Below are positions 63,060 to 64,000 of a DNA stretch of 64,000 nt, in pieces. Under the pieces are notes generated by a model that saw nothing but the letters and a program-made list of their open reading frames with translations, searched no databases and had not been told where the DNA came from. The DNA comes from Eledone cirrhosa (lineage: Eukaryota), in NCBI GenBank assembly GCA_964016885.1, contig CAXHJY010000151.1, positions 1-64,000 of the forward strand, given 5' to 3'. The position numbers and the translations under genes were made by a program. Within the stretch, counting starts at the first letter, position 1. The number at the start of each line of letters is the position of its first letter.

Positions 63060-64000
63060 AAAGGCTTCCTTCTCTGGAAAAAGATGATTTAATATTCACA
63101 ACCATCTGTCTAATTGTTTTCTGATGAGAATAAAGTTAATCTTGCTTGTATGTCTACCTGATCAAATGACTGGCTGATATCTTGAAGTCATTTACACCAC
63201 AGAACTGTAGGAGTCTTGATCCCTCAAGCCATACCTCTAGCCATCATGTACTCCAAAAGAGTCTCACCTTGGTGCTACTCAACATGTCCATTAAATTTAG
63301 CAGCAAGGATGCCCTCTTCTTAGTGAGAGACAACTACAAGAGAGGTTCTTAGAGAAGAATAAGCCACTATAGTTAACTTTTGTTGACATAGAGAACCCCG
63401 ATCTGTCATCTGGTGGTCCTTAAGGAAACTAGGTGTAGGGGAATGGCTTGTGAGGACAGTGCAAGCTATGTACAAGGGTGCTGTCAGTAAAGTGAGAGGA
63501 GGAATTCCAGAAACAAAGTAGGTGTACATCAGGGTTCGGTCCTCAGTCCGCTCTTGTTCATTATAGTCCTCCCTCCCTCCCTCCCTCCCTCCCTCCAAGC
63601 CATAACAGAGGAGGAGTAGTTTAAGACTGGATGCCCATGGGAACTTCTCTATGCTGACGATCTGGTTCTTATAGCAGAATCAGTAGAGGAGCTAGCTAGA
63701 GAATAAATTCTGGCTATGGAAACAGCAGTAGTTGGAATCAAGAAGACTGAGAGTGAACCTAGCTAAGACAAAAGTGTTTATAAGTAGAAGAGAGGACAAA
63801 ACTCTGATTCTGTCAGGGAAATGGCCATGTTCGATATGTAGGAAAGGAGTTGGCATAAATTCTATGAAATGTAGTACGCAATGCAGATCTTGGCTACACA
63901 AGAGATGTAGTGGGATAGCAGGAAAACTGACTGACAGGTAGGGAGAAATACGTATGCAGTAGATGTACAGGGAAATTTGACAGAGATTGCAGTGATAGAC
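47273..64000. repeat. Copy 2 of the duplicated block, lacking Tx1 and CR1; runs off the window
   Basis: Colinear with 5738-26190. Differs only by rare SNPs, micro/minisatellite lengths and the two LINE insertions. Confidence 0.97.

Overview
This is eukaryotic, repeat-only DNA with no recognisable host protein gene. A SINE core (GAGTTCAAAT...CCTTTCATCCTT.CGGGGTCGATAAA) and the RTE/CR1 repeat content point to an octopus or other cephalopod (inference). The window holds about 1.5 copies of a ~38-41.5 kb tandem macro-unit: 5738-26190 recurs almost identically at 47273-64000. The shared part is decayed LINEs, MITEs and minisatellites. Copy 1 alone carries an intact Tx1/L1 retrotransposon (1-5737) and a CR1 retrotransposon with an intact ORF2 (13935-17192). 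Between the copies is an unusual rDNA-derived cassette (27404-36190). In order it has telomere-like repeats, a 169-bp spacer array, the 18S 5' end, 15 tandem ~317-bp units stitched from conserved 18S and 28S motifs, the 28S 3' end with an altered sarcin-ricin loop, and G-strand telomere-like repeats. A 10-kb CpG-rich array of ~1-kb palindromes follows, whose central spacer occurs in both orientations. All rRNA and repeat-family matches were made by eye against remembered consensus sequences; no database search was run.
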